A DNA stretch of 64,000 nucleotides from Mantamonas sphyraenae STR306 (lineage: Eukaryota; Protista; CRuMs): NCBI GenBank assembly GCA_026936335.1, contig JAPMXV010000042.1, positions 310,001 to 374,000 on the forward strand, given 5' to 3'. Below the pieces are notes generated by a model, which was given only the letters and a program-made list of their open reading frames with translations, was not told the DNA's origin and did no database searches. The translations under genes and the position numbers were made by a program. Positions 10,554 through 22,533 of the stretch are shown piece after piece (position 1 is the first letter of the stretch; each line of letters opens with the position of its first letter).

Positions 10554-13053
10554 ATGTACAAGACCATTTTCTTGCTCATTGCCCTGTTTGCGGCCAGCGC
10601 CATGGCTCTGCCCGCAGACTACGAGACGAGCGCCGACATGGATGTCCTGTCGGCCGAGGAGGCCCCGGCCACCGCCAGCGAGGAGACTGTCTCCGAGCCC
10701 GAGTCGGCTGAGTTTGCCGAAGCCCCGGAGGAGGCCATGACCGCCGAGGAGACCGAAGAGATGGTCTCTGAGCCCGAGTCGGCCGAGGAGCTCCAGACCG
10801 AGGAGGAGGCTGCTGAGCCTGCCACCGAGGAGGAGGACGCCGACGTTGCTGAGCCCGAGGAGGCCCTTGAGAGCATGTCTGAGGACGTGGAGACCGAGGA
10901 GGCCCCCGAGGAGGAAGAGAGCAGCCTTGAGGAGGTTGCCGAGCCCGAGGAGGAGGAGTTCGCTGCCACCGAGACCGAGGACGTTGCCGAGCCCGAGGAT
11001 GTCGAGGACGACGCCGAGGCCGAGGACGAGGACCTCGAGACCATCGAGGACTGGGACGAGCTGTGCCCGCCTACGCAGGGTAAGTGAAGGAAAGGGATGG
11101 TGTGGCGCAAGAGGGTGCGGGTTGTGGGTGACGGGCGTGTTTGTGGTTCCGGGCGATTTTGTGTGGTCGGAAAAAAACGCGGCCCTCTGGAAGCGGGTTT
11201 TGCGGGCGGTGGAGGGGGAGGAGGGACGGAAGCGACAACACGAGGATGTGCATGTGTGCGGGATTCGTGTATGGAGGCGGATGTGTGTGTACATGGATGA
11301 CGACGCACTGGGAAGTGCGGGGGAAGACGCTGGGGACAAAGAGGCCCCAGAGGCGTTTTTTTCTCCAATCTTCGGCTTTGGCATGCAAGCGTTTCTTAAC
11401 GTCGGGATGCAGAAGGACACATCACACGTGCGCTGACACCTCGAGTTGCACATGTGCACACACACCACAATCACAGAGGAGCTTGAGGATGAGGAAGAGG
11501 CTGCCCTGAAGGCCGGCATTCCCATCGCCGTTTACAAGCGCCTGATTGCCGCTTTCAAGAAGCGCGTGATCCACTACCGCAACTACTCCAAGAACAGGAT
11601 CCAGCATGCGTACAACGTGCACATCAAGCAGCGTCGTGCTCACTGGCTGCGTGTGATCAAGGCTGCTATTGCCCAGCAGCGCAAGCACTCTGGCGCCAAG
11701 GCCCGCGCTCTGCTGGCCAAGCGCATCGCTGCCCAGAAGAAGTACACCACTGCTCTGGGTCGCTACTACGCTGAGCGTGACCACATTGCGCAGACCTTTG
11801 CTCGCAACGTGAGCAAGTGGCGCACGTACTGGGCCAAGAACCTGGCTCGCCGCAACAAGAACATTGCTGTGGCCAACAACAAGTACAACAAGGCTGTGCA
11901 GGCTGCTGCCAAGCAGTACCGCAAGGACCGCAACCGTGGTAACTACAACAACCGTGTGCGTGCTGCTGCCCGCCAGCGCCACGCCGCCCACGTCCGTGCC
12001 AACCAGGCCTGGTCCAACGCCGTGCGCACCTACCGTGCCAACTGGTCCGCCATCCACACCAAGCGCAACAACGCAAACCGCGCCAACGCGCGCCAGTGGA
12101 ACAGCGACCACCACCGTCTCCGCCGCGAGATCAACCACTACCAGAACCTGCTGAACCGCACCAAGCACTACGCCCGCAAGTACGACGGCCAGGAGGAGCA
12201 CGCTCGCCAGCGCTACAAGGACGAGACCATCCACTTTGCCAACAACGTGCGCCACTGGACCCACTGGCGTGAGGCTCATGTGAGCGGCCAGGTGCACCAT
12301 CTGGAGGCTCAGATCGCCCAGCAGCAGCAGCACCAGAAGAACCGTGAGGCCAACGCCCGCCACAACGCACGCGTGAACCGCGTCAACCGTGAGGAGGCCG
12401 CCCGCGCTGCCCGTGGCCGCAAGGCTGACGATCAGTTCATCAAGAAGGCCAAGTTTGAGCACAAGGCTGTGTCGAAGAGCCGCACCGCGTTCTTCCACGC
12501 CGGCAACCTGGCTCACCTGCGCAACCTGCGCCGTCAGTACCAGAACCACCTGCGTCACTACAAGAACGTGTACCGCTCGCACTCGCGCCGTTGGCGCCAC
12601 TGGGAGCACGTGCACGTGCGCGGCCAGCGCCACGCGATCTCGTCGTGGACCCGCTCCATGCACCACACGATCAACCACTACCGTCGTCTGATCAACCAGG
12701 CCCAGTCGCGCATCCGCCACTACCGCCGCTACGCCAAGTCGCAGCTGAACCACTGGCGCCGCTACATGCGCGACCACCTGGCATACTGGCACCGCCGCTA
12801 CTACATCCAGCGTGAGGCCTACGTCCGCCGTGTGCAGCGTGAGATCCACTACCGCCACCACGTTCTGCTGCGCAAGTTCCACTGGCAGTCGAACAAGCAC
12901 CACGCTCTGAAGTACTGCTTCCAGACCCACAAGAACGTGCACAGCAACGCCTACGCCAACTGCGTGCGCAGCTTCGTGCCGCGTTGCCGCCTGGTCAAGA
13001 AGACCTACAAGAAGGGCAACAAGACCCTGACCCGCATGGTGCGCATGTGCTAA
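10554..13053 (+). CDS. Secreted ~700-aa protein of unknown family (copy 2); exons 10554-11079, 11477-13053
   Basis: Near-identical to copy 1, with intact frame and splice sites. Three amino-acid differences seen (K>R, Q>K, K>R). Confidence 0.88.
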
Positions 13054-13262
13054 GTCTGTCTGTGCAGAGAGTGCTTTTGACACTGTGTCTTGACACATTG
13101 AGCAAGCCAAGTCAGCGGTATTGTCGTGATCGCAAGATCCGTTTCCAAGAAGAGACGAGAATACAGAACCCGACGCTTGCTCGTACATGCTCTCTCCCGA
13201 TTTGCTCCTTTCCCCACAGTGGACACATTTGCTGGCGCAAGCTCGCCCACAGCAACTACGCC

Positions 13263-13781
13263 ATGTTTTCGCGAGCCGCACAGTCGTTTCCTCACCCTCG
13301 CACGTTGTGGTTTGTGCCACACAGCATCGAACATGGCACTGCAGGTTTGGCGTCCACTGCCGCATCTCGTGGCAGTGAGAAGAAAGTGAAACTTGAAGAC
13401 GTGTTTGATCCTGGCATCAAGCTGCCCCCAGACGAGCTCTTGGAGGCTGCACCTCCTACACATGACGCACAAGGCATTCAGTTGGTCCTCACGGGCGAGG
13501 AAACCAAGCAGGTGGGGCGTGTTGTGCGCGAGAATCCAGACCTTACCGTGAGCGAGTTGGCTGCGCAGTTCAACGTGCGCCCTTCGCACATGCGGCAAGT
13601 TCTGGAGTCGCAATGCTGGGAAACAGGTGCTACGTCCTTTAGTCTGGAGTATTTTCAGACACCCGAGGCCCTGGCGCTCTTGGAGGACGTGGACCAGCCA
13701 CAGATGCAGGAAGAACCCTTTTGGCACACGCCTGTGTGCGAGGTGATTGCACAAGACAGCGACGACACAGCCAAGCAGTAG
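13263..13781 (+). CDS. Hypothetical protein, possible mitochondrial presequence and HTH-like segment
   Basis: MFSRAAQSFPHPRTLW... N-terminus and the segment LTGEETKQVGRVVRENPDLTVSELAAQFNVRPSHMRQVL. Fills the gap up to the convergent USP gene. Confidence 0.6.
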   Translation: MFSRAAQSFPHPRTLWFVPHSIEHGTAGLASTAASRGSEKKVKLEDVFDPGIKLPPDELLEAAPPTHDAQGIQLVLTGEETKQVGRVVRENPDLTVSELAAQFNVRPSHMRQVLESQCWETGATSFSLEYFQTPEALALLEDVDQPQMQEEPFWHTPVCEVIAQDSDDTAKQ

Positions 13782-13834
13782 CAGGCAACAACGGAAACAC
13801 GCGTTCATTGTGTGCGGGTGGTGAAGAGGGTCAG

Positions 13835-16800
13835 CTATGCGTCCGCCTGGGGCGTGCCTGGCGCACTGCTTGCGTCTTCGCTGATGCTCCCGTTGAGGGA
13901 CAGCTCCAGCTCGGAGAAGTCCTGTTCACGCAGCGCATGGATGATGTGCGTGAACTTGGATTCAAAGAGACGGCTGAAGAACGCAAAGCGCGAGTAGAGA
14001 TCAGGCCCTGCCAACTTGCAGCCGGTGTCCATCGACTCCAGCGTGTACAGGTCCATCTCGCGCGCCGATGCCTCCTGCCCCACCGCCACTCCGTCTTCGC
14101 GTGCACTCTCGGCCAGCACTTCGCGCAGACCCGGAAACTCTGCATCGTCGATCGGGTCGGCGTGCTCCTTGCCCTTTCCGCCGCCGCCGCCGCTGCTGCT
14201 GCTGCTGCTGCTGCTTCCAGCGGCCTGTGCTTGCTCCTGCTCCAATTCGGCCTCGCTGGGCGTGTACACAAAGCAGTCGGTGGCCAGGTCGAACGAGTGG
14301 CTGAGATCGATGGCTGGTGCAACCATGCGAATCAGCTCGCTCTTGGAATCGAAGCGTGTACCCGGATTTGTCAGCTTCTCCACAATGGTCAGACTCGTCT
14401 CCAACGCCGCTGGTGAAGAGTCGTCATCCGATTGCACCAACTCGCACACTTCGACCAACGTCTGTTGGATGCGCTCCTGCAGACCGCTCATGGCAGACAC
14501 TGTACACGCTGTCACCTGCGTCACCCTCAGCGCAAAGTCCATCAATTGCTCCTGCTGCTCGTACTTGGCTTCCTCGGCCTCGTCGCCCTCCACCTCCATG
14601 GCCTGGCTGAGTTCGTTCGCCAACGCACGCAGCTGTGTGCAGCTGACCAGCAGGATGGTGTGCACCATCCCTGCCACCTGTTCTTTGCGCTGTGCCTGGA
14701 AATAGATGTGGCCGTCGCGATGGAATGCAAGCCATCCCAGGTGCAGGGCATCCATGAGATCCTTCCGTGTGCCCGACAGCGTCAGGCGCAGCGCGTGCAC
14801 AAAGTACTCGCTGGCCTCCAGGAACACCCCAAAGTCTTGCGGATTCGGACGGATGTCGCCCACACTCTGCACCACCTTCAGGAACATTTCACGCTTCTTC
14901 TCAAACGCCTCTGTGACCAGTCGGTACATCTCGTTGCCAAAGTCGTCCTCAAACGCGATGCCAAACTCCTCCTGGTACAGCCGGTTCGTGTGGTACAGCT
15001 TCAGATGGATGTCCTGGCTTGCACCGGCCAGGAAGAAAGCAAAGCTGTGCGAGGGGAGTGTGAGTTGGGGTGGGTGAGGGTCAGCTGGGTTGTGGTGTGA
15101 TCAACAAAACAAACAACAAACAATCGAGGCAAAAACAAGCCACACATGTGGGGACGCGCTGCAACGCACTTCTTGAGGCGCGGGTCATGGAATGCCAGCG
15201 AGCGCTGCACAATGTCCAGCATGTCTGTGGTGCGACGCAGGACACGAGAGACAAACTTGTTGGCCGTGCCTTCCAATTCCTTCCTGCGTTCCTTCTCGTC
15301 CCACTCCTTGCACTCGCTGGCAAGCTGCCTGTTGTCCAGATCCACAAATTCACGGAGAGAGCGAGGCAGGATGGCACGGATGAGGTCTTCCCGTGTGATC
15401 TGCGACTGGCCACGCTCCACGTTCAGCGCTGTGGTGTCCTCGATGGCGCTGTTTGCACGCGATGGCAGCACGACGACGTCACCCAGCGATTCACCTGCAG
15501 ACTCCATCACACGCTCCTCAATCAGCTGCTGCACAAACGCGTCCCGTTTGCTGTCGACGTAGATTGCGCAGTATGCTGAACACTTGCCGTAGCCTCCAAG
15601 CGAGTCGCGCCACACAATCTCCTCCTCGGCCTTGCTCACGTGCTGATCGTTGTACTTCCACCAGCTGTCTGTCTCCGGTTCGTACACGTAGGACCAGTAG
15701 TGGCCTCCAGTGGCCGAGCCGTCGTGGATGAGGATGGAGTGCAGCCTGTACGGATGGTCCGTCATGTCGTTGTACATGCTGTCGATTTCCTCTTGGCACG
15801 CCTTGACCTGGCCAGACAGTCGCTCAATCTGAGCCGCAACGTCGGTGTGGAAGCCCGACAACATGCCCATGACCGCCTCGGCAGCCCCGCTGTCCACGTT
15901 GCCCTTGTCCGCCTGCTGTTTCGTGTACGTCAGCACTCCACGCAGCATGACGTCCAGGCTCACGTTGCCACCGTCAAACTTGGTGAAAAAGTCCAGCTGT
16001 TCCTGCAGCTTGTCGCGACGTTCGCGAAGGACTTTGACCTGTGCACGGCGCTGGGTGACCTCGGTCAGGTTAGAGGTCATGTAGCGATCGACATGCAGGG
16101 TCTTTTTAAAGTTGAACACCTTGTCCATCTTCTCCAGCATCTGCTTGTCCTTGTCGTAGCGCACGCGCTGCATCTGGAACATGAGCACAGAGGGCACACG
16201 GTCGAACGAGGTCGACTTGTGCGCCACGGTCTTGTACTTGCTGGACTCGATTTCATATTCAATCTCCTCGGGTTCCGTGTATGTGTCCAAGCTGGCGTAA
16301 AGGTCGTCGTGATCTTCGATGTCCAGCAGCAGCTCCGCGTACTTTTCCGTGCGCTTGTGCGACTGCCTCGCCCCGTCTTCATCCTCATACTCGATCATGT
16401 CCGCCTGCTGGCCGTAAAACAGGTCGTCCAAGAGCGCTGCTGCAGACTCGCCGTCGTCTGCTGGCTCAGTGCCCTTGGAAGCGGCGTCATCGTCAGAGTC
16501 GTCGTCGTGTGCCGTGCCCGGTCCGGCTTGTCCTCCAGCGACCTCGTGATCTGCTCCTCCCACCAGTGCAGGCTGTCCATCGATGGCCTCGGTGGTTGTG
16601 TCACTTGCGCCGTTGGACGGCTGGCCGTCTTCTTCGTGTGCCTGTGCCTCTTGCTGTTGCCCCTCCTGTAGGACAGTCTGCTGCCGCATGCCGAGTTCGG
16701 CAAAGTCCAGAAACAGGTGGTTGAACTCGCTCACATCCTGTTGGTCGCCAAACTGGTATGGTTTGCCGTCTTCGTTGAGCAGCGATCGGATCACCCGGTC

Positions 16801-17006
16801 CGGCGACAGATACTTGCGATCCGTCATCATCTGGAAGCCAAACAAGCGCTGCAGCTCGTAGATGACTGTGTTTGGGAGGGGGGGGGGGGGGATGAGATGG
16901 TCAGCTGATGATGATGATGGGATTCAGAATGGTGGGGGCAAACCTACAAAGGATGGAAGCGCGCTTGCGACGCTCAGCAAGCTCTTCGGGTGTCTCTTCA
17001 ACTGGA

Positions 17007-17056
<50 letters not shown>

Positions 17057-18405
17057 CCCTGCGGCGGTGCCGCTGACGTCGCTGCCAGGTTTGGCGTTTT
17101 CTTTGTCCTCGGGGTCTGCTGCTGTGCCTTGCGTGTCGGCAGAGGGGGCACCAGCCTGAGCGCCGCCTTCCTGCTGCCCGGCAGCGGAGGAGGTGCCCTG
17201 GTCAGCCCCCTGGTCGGCACCCTGGCTGGGCTTGTTTTGGTCCTTTGACTTTGGCTGCGCCTCCTGGCCTGCTGCAAAGTCCCAGGTCTCTGGCGTGGGT
17301 CGGAAGGACATGACCAGCTGACGGAACTCCGGAATATGGAAGTAGGTTTGCAGCAGCGAGTTGAAGTAGCACGTGTTGCCGATGTTGCGCAAACCGGCAG
17401 GTCTGCAGGCAAGGCCATTTACACAGAGTCAGTGTGGGGGGGGGGGGGGGTGGGTTGGGGGGTGGGGGGTGGGGGGTGTATGTGTGTTTTGGGTTGAAAA
17501 AGGCAAGTGTGTGCTCGATGGCTGTGGGGGTGGCAATTGAGCGGTGTGAACTCACACGCCCTCCTTCCTCTTCCGATCGTACGGGTTTTCCGGTTCCGAT
17601 GGCATGTAGTAGCCAGCCGAACCGGGTCCACTGTCCTGGATGCTTGCCGCAAGGGCCTTTTGCAGGTCGTCCTCCTGTCGATGGATGTCAGTCAGGGCCG
17701 CAGCATGGACGACAAGGCAAGGCTGGGACGTGGCGCGTTTGTTGCGAGCTCATTCTGTGTTCTGGAGGCACCCTACGGCTGTGCCAGTGTCCTGCGGCGA
17801 GTCATGGGCCAACTGTGGCCATGGATTGGCAATGGAGATGCAACCTACAACACCTGAAAAGCCGGGGGGATTGTTCTGGTCCTGCATACTGAGCTCGAGC
17901 GCGCGTTGCATCTGCTGCTCCTCCAGAGAAGGACCTGTGCGGCAGAGAGTGGAGCGGGTGGGGCATACGGTGCAGAGGACACGGAATTTCAATGCAGCAA
18001 CGCAACCGGGAAAGTTAAAAGGACGGCAAAGAGGGCGAGTGAGCGGCTGGACGAGGATGCGTGGAGGGAAACGGCGCGGGGAGGCTTGTGCGGACAAACA
18101 CGCGTACCTGAGCCGCGATTGGCCGGCCCTTGAACAGCACCTGCGCCGGTATCGGTGCCAGTGTTGGTGCCTGAGGCCTGTGTGCCTGTGCTGTTGTCCG
18201 GCGGGTTTGTGGCTGGGCCTCCACCGGGTGCAGGAGTGTCGGAAGCAGGGGCTGGGTGATCAAACAACCAGCCGACAGCCATCTCCACGTTGTTGTTGGT
18301 GTTGCGCAGCGCGGTTTGGGCGCGTCCTCGATCCACACCGGTAATGTCCATCACCGTGCTGATGTTGGCGTCGGAAACGACGGGCACGGCGTCACCAGCA
18401 GCCAT
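13835..18405 (-). CDS. Ubiquitin-specific protease, USP25/28-like (UBA + 2 UIM + USP domain; ~6 exons)
   Basis: UBA-like start (ISTVMDITGVDRGRAQTALRNTNNNVEMAVGWLF), UIMs (EEQQMQRALELSMQD; EDDLQKALAASIQD), Cys box GLRNIGNTCYFNSLLQ, QQDVSEFNH, His box LHSILIHDGSATGGHYWSY...WWKYND. Confidence 0.92.
17007..17056. repeat. (GTGCTC)8 hexanucleotide repeat encoding (ST)n in the USP insertion
   Basis: Directly visible perfect repeat. Confidence 0.9.
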
Positions 18406-18531
18406 CGTCGTCTCGCAAAATCGGTTTGGTGTGGCCACGACGGCGCAAGAGACAAGGTGTTCAGGGTTCAGAAGGGCAAAGGGAGGTGGGGAAGGGATGG
18501 TTGACGTTGACGATGATTGACTCTGAGTGTT

Positions 18532-20178
18532 TCATTGGTCTTTGGCTTGCAGACTGGCGAGGCGCTCGTCCTGGTCGAGCTTGCGTGAGCAATCCTGGTT
18601 TGGATCGCAGCGCAGGCAGAGGAACGAGTCCTGCATCTCGTGGAGGACAATGAGATCGACACTCATGGGCAGGTTCATGATGGAGTACATGCAGCAGCGG
18701 CCGTAGCGGTTCTTGCAACGACGGCAGGTGACGGAGCACTTTGTGATGCAGACGGGCCGTTCGCAGTTGTGACAGGGCACAAGCAGAGGCTCGGCGTCAA
18801 TGCCTTGCGAGGATTCGGTGAGGCCGCGGGAGCACGGTGTGCACTCGGAGATGCCACAGCAGGAGTTGAAGAACGAGCAGCGGTTGCCTTCCCACATGCA
18901 CTGGGTGCAACCCCTGTTGGTGCAGGTCGAGCAGTACCACAGGCGGGGAAAACATTCTTCACAGCCCAGATGGGAGCCAATTTGGCAGAACAGGGCCTTG
19001 TCACTGGGTGGTGTCACGCAATGGATGCACAACGGGAGGAGCGGACACCAGCAATCGTTGTGACAAGCACTCTCAGCCACACGGAAGCAATTGACACACT
19101 TGGTCATGTTGGCAAGATAGTCCACCAGCTCACCCAGCTGTGTCTCTGTGTCCAGCAGCTGTCGCACGTCTGCAGGAGCCGCCAGGGTGTTGTTGTCGTT
19201 TGCGTGACTCCGCCCTGCCTGGGCATACACGCGCTCCACCGTCTGAGACGAGGCATAGTCGTTGGCCAGAAAGTGTCGCACCGCCTGTACACGTTGGAAC
19301 CGAGCCTCAAAGGCTCTCTCCAGGTGGTCGGGGTCGCGGAGGCGGTGCAGGCCCACTGCATACAACGCCTCATTGCTCGCAAACAGCTGCGCAGCCGCCA
19401 GTGCCTTGAGAGAACGCACGTGTCCGTGTGGACGCACATGTGTACTCAGGTACTGCAGCGAAGGCAGAAGGTTGGGGTGCACTGCGTACTCCACCTCGGC
19501 ACCTGTGTTTTCTTCCTGCTGGTACGCCCTTCCATCGTTGCTGTTGCTGTTTGTGTTGCTGCCACCCCCACTGCTGCTCCTTCTCGTGCCATTCTCTGCC
19601 ACGTCTCCCCGACACATGCGCGTCAACAGGCCGGTGGACTGCAAAAAGCTGCGGATTTCCTCTGTGTCGGCCAGGCGACGGTTGCTGAGCGCTTCGCAAA
19701 TGGCGTCTGGGTGCATGGCAGACACACGCACAAGGTCCTGCGATTGCTGCACGTCGAGTTGCAGTCGTACTTGAAAAGGGGTGTTGCGGATGGGCAGCTG
19801 GTCGTCCGAGGCCAGGTCAAACCCCTTGTTTGCGTGTTGGAAGTGAGCGAGTGAGTTGTGCTGCAAGTCGTTGAAGCCCGCTTCAGCCAAGCTCTGTTCC
19901 ATCTGTTCACACAACACATCCAACACAGGCACCAAGCGATGCGCCGTCTGCTCCCGTAGCCTGTTTCTGTACACAAGAGCGTCTTCGCGCTGCACAAGAG
20001 CAAAGGGCCCCGTCTTTCCAGGCTCCAGAGCGAGCGGCCAGCGGCCAAGAGAACCGCTTGACGACGCGGGCACCAACAGCCAATGGCGCATCAGCCACAA
20101 CAGGACCAACACTGCCAGAGGAATGAGCACAGCCCACGCCACCGTCCCGTTTGTCCACCACGGTGGGAGTGTTTCCAT
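18532..20178 (-). CDS. Hypothetical 548-aa protein with N-terminal membrane anchor and Cys-rich C-terminal region
   Basis: Intronless ORF filling the gap between USP and PDHA1. Hydrophobic VAWAVLIPLAVLVLLWLM; about 30 Cys including nine CxxC pairs in the last ~185 aa. Confidence 0.72.
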   Translation of the reverse strand: METLPPWWTNGTVAWAVLIPLAVLVLLWLMRHWLLVPASSSGSLGRWPLALEPGKTGPFALVQREDALVYRNRLREQTAHRLVPVLDVLCEQMEQSLAEAGFNDLQHNSLAHFQHANKGFDLASDDQLPIRNTPFQVRLQLDVQQSQDLVRVSAMHPDAICEALSNRRLADTEEIRSFLQSTGLLTRMCRGDVAENGTRRSSSGGGSNTNSNSNDGRAYQQEENTGAEVEYAVHPNLLPSLQYLSTHVRPHGHVRSLKALAAAQLFASNEALYAVGLHRLRDPDHLERAFEARFQRVQAVRHFLANDYASSQTVERVYAQAGRSHANDNNTLAAPADVRQLLDTETQLGELVDYLANMTKCVNCFRVAESACHNDCWCPLLPLCIHCVTPPSDKALFCQIGSHLGCEECFPRLWYCSTCTNRGCTQCMWEGNRCSFFNSCCGISECTPCSRGLTESSQGIDAEPLLVPCHNCERPVCITKCSVTCRRCKNRYGRCCMYSIMNLPMSVDLIVLHEMQDSFLCLRCDPNQDCSRKLDQDERLASLQAKDQ

Positions 20179-20353
20179 GCAGCAATGCGAACGTTTGTGT
20201 TGGCAGATGAGGCGGATCTATTTCTCTGGTCTCTGCACCAGGTGGGGGGTGCTTGTGTGTGTGTGTGTGTGTGTTTGTCTGTGTGTGTGCACGCCAAGCA
20301 AGGCTGATGATGCGTATGGGGTGACTTGAACCAGTGGACACTCCGACAGCCGA

Positions 20354-21677
20354 TTACTGCTGGGGTTGCCAGCCGTTGTGCCACTGCTCGGTGCCACGCA
20401 GGGCTTCCTTGTCATCGATGATGGTGTGCTGGAAGAGATACTCCTCGACGGCCGGGAACTCGCCAGCAAGGGCGGCCTGGACCTCGTCGGCCACACTCTT
20501 GCGCACTTCCTTCTCGATCTGCTTGACCTCCTCCTCGGTGGCAAACTTGGCCTGCACCACACGGGCCTTCATGAGCTCGATGCAATCCTGGGTCTTGCGC
20601 ACGCTGTCCACCTCGTCGCGAGAGCGGTAGCTGTTGCCCGGGTCGCTCATGGAGTGACCCACATAGCGGTAGGTCTTGGCCTCCATGACCAGTGGGCCGT
20701 TGCCAGCACGCGCATAGTCAGCTGCAAACTTGGTGGCTGCCTTGGTGGCCAGCACGTCCATGCCGTCAAACTGGATGCCCGGAATGTACTGGCCGCGCTT
20801 GTAGAACTCGCCCTCCGCCGACGCACGCTGCACACTCGTGCCCATGCCGTACTGGTTGTTTTCGCACACAAACAACGCAGGCAGCTTCCACAGACTGGCC
20901 ATGTTGTACGCCTCAAACACCTGGCCCTGGTTCGCCGCTCCGTCGCCGTACAGCGAGACGGAGATCTGCCCCGTGCCTTCGTATTGCGCCTGCAGCGCCA
21001 GGCCGGCACCCAGAGGCACCTGTGCGCCCACAATGCCGTTGCCGCCGTAGAAGTTGTTGGGGATGTTGTAGATATGCATGGAGCCTCCCTTTCCCTTGGA
21101 GCAGCCGTTGCTGCGGCCCATAAGCTCTGCCAAGATGGAGGTCACCGTGTCGCCCTTGACCAGCTGCCAGCCGTGGCAGCGGTACGCAGTCACCACATGG
21201 TCGTCCGGGTTCAGTCCTGCCTGCATGCCAGTTGCAATGGCCTCCTGCACGGTGCATGGGTCAGGGTGTCGCACGCCTGGTTAGCTCTGCAGCGCGCAAA
21301 AAGGGCCGCTACCAGAGGGCTTTTTCTGGCCCCGCCCCGCATGAGCCTCGCCCGCCTCTCACACTCACCTGTCCGATGTACAGATGGCAGAAGCCACGGA
21401 TGAGCTTCTTCTTGTACAGTTGGTCAGCTTCCATTTCCATGCGACGCATGGTGATCAGCTGCTTGAGGTAGCCCAAAGCCTCGTCCTTGGTCACGGTGAC
21501 TTCGTTGGGGATTTCTTCGTAGTCGTCCAGCAGGTAGCGCTTGGGAGGGACCTGCACCTGGAAGGTGTACGTTTCACCATCGGCTTCCTGCGCCTTCTTG
21601 GCGTACCCACGGCTGAGTGCAGGTGCGGCAGACACGCTGCGACGCACGGATCCGTTGTGGCTCAAGCGAGAAAACAT
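20354..21677 (-). CDS. PDHA1: Pyruvate dehydrogenase E1 alpha; exons 21677-21369, 21244-20354
   Basis: LIRGFCHLYIGQEA, TAYRCHG, GKGGSMH, TPP motif YGDGAANQGQ...ENN, TYRYVGHSMSDPG; mitochondrial presequence. Confidence 0.97.
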
Positions 21678-21854
21678 TCGGGGGAGCTGCAGAGAGAGAA
21701 GGAAATTCCACTGGCTCCCTAGCCGCCATCCGAGTCACATCATGCCACTGCTCTCTCTCGCTGGCGTGATGGGACCTCTCTTTCTTGCGTGTGTCAAACC
21801 TGATCTCTCGCATCGTGCATCTGCCTCGCTCTCGGTCTCCCACCGCAATTCCGA

Positions 21855-22471
21855 ATGGGTGGCCAGGCTGAAGACACGCTCTCGCTCAGACAGCGTGCGT
21901 TCTCCAGCGAGCACGAGCTGACCCAGGTGAGTGAACCGAGTGTCCATGCATACACACGGTGGCCCCGTGGGGCACCACACGACCCCTCATCACTTTCCGT
22001 CTGCCCTCTGTCCCTGTGTGCGTGTTGAATCGCCTTGCTGACGCGTCGTCTCGCCGTCTCTCGCAGGAGGAGGTCGAAAAGGTACTCCACTGGCTCAAGC
22101 AAGTGGTCTGTTTCGTCATGGGCATTGTGGCAGGCCTCATCCCCCTCCGTGGCATTCTTGGCTTTGCTCTGTACGTGTGCACCCCCCGATGCTGTGGCTC
22201 ACTCCTCTGCCCAGCATGTGCCGCTCGTCGAATCCTTCCTCGTGCCCTTCCTGTGCCTCCTTTGCTGACCCCACACGTGCACCCTCATTCCCTTTGCAGG
22301 TTCATTTTTGGTCAAGTCGCCCTTGTCAACGTCTATGTGGGCCGTGTGCTCGACAAGGAGGCCGAGGACTACGGCGGAGTGTTTGACCTCGTCAAAGAGG
22401 ACTTTGCAACATCCCTGGGTGCATTTCTGCTCCCGTGGGTCATCACCTTTACCTTTGCTGGCCATGCATAA
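21855..22471 (+). CDS. RAB5IF: RAB5IF/C20orf24/OPTI family membrane protein (3 exons)
   Basis: Spliced: ...EEVEKVLHWLKQVVCFVMGIVAGLIPLRGILGFALFIFGQVALVNVYVGRVLDKEAEDYGGVFDLVKEDFATSLGAFLLPWVITFT matches the family pattern (WxxQ...PLRG...EEYGG...KE.F). Confidence 0.85.
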
Positions 22472-22533
22472 AGAATATATGCATCCGCTACATTCCTTGC
22501 CCCCCCCCTTCCCAGCCCACCCAGAACGCCCTC

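Larger units (their letters stand above)
7705..13224 (+). repeat. Direct tandem duplication: copy 1 7705-10458, 12-bp junction 10459-10470, copy 2 10471-13224 (period 2766 bp)
   Basis: Constant 2766-bp offset at the start (gacgtccatgaacc), the ATG (7788/10554), the stop (10287/13053) and the end (cccacagtggac). About 14 substitutions and no indels counted by eye. Confidence 0.97.

Noticed and set aside
10421-10711. Short ORF spanning the duplication junction
   Set aside because: Chance chimera, out of frame with copy 2 and without coding features.
7705-13224. Duplication as LTR element or transposon
   Set aside because: No terminal repeats, target-site duplication, transposase or RT; both copies keep the intron.
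8656-13365. Long minus-strand ORFs (623 aa and 647 aa) opposite the duplicated gene
   Set aside because: Antisense shadows caused by extreme codon bias of the plus-strand gene; Val/Ala/Leu-rich translation with no motif.
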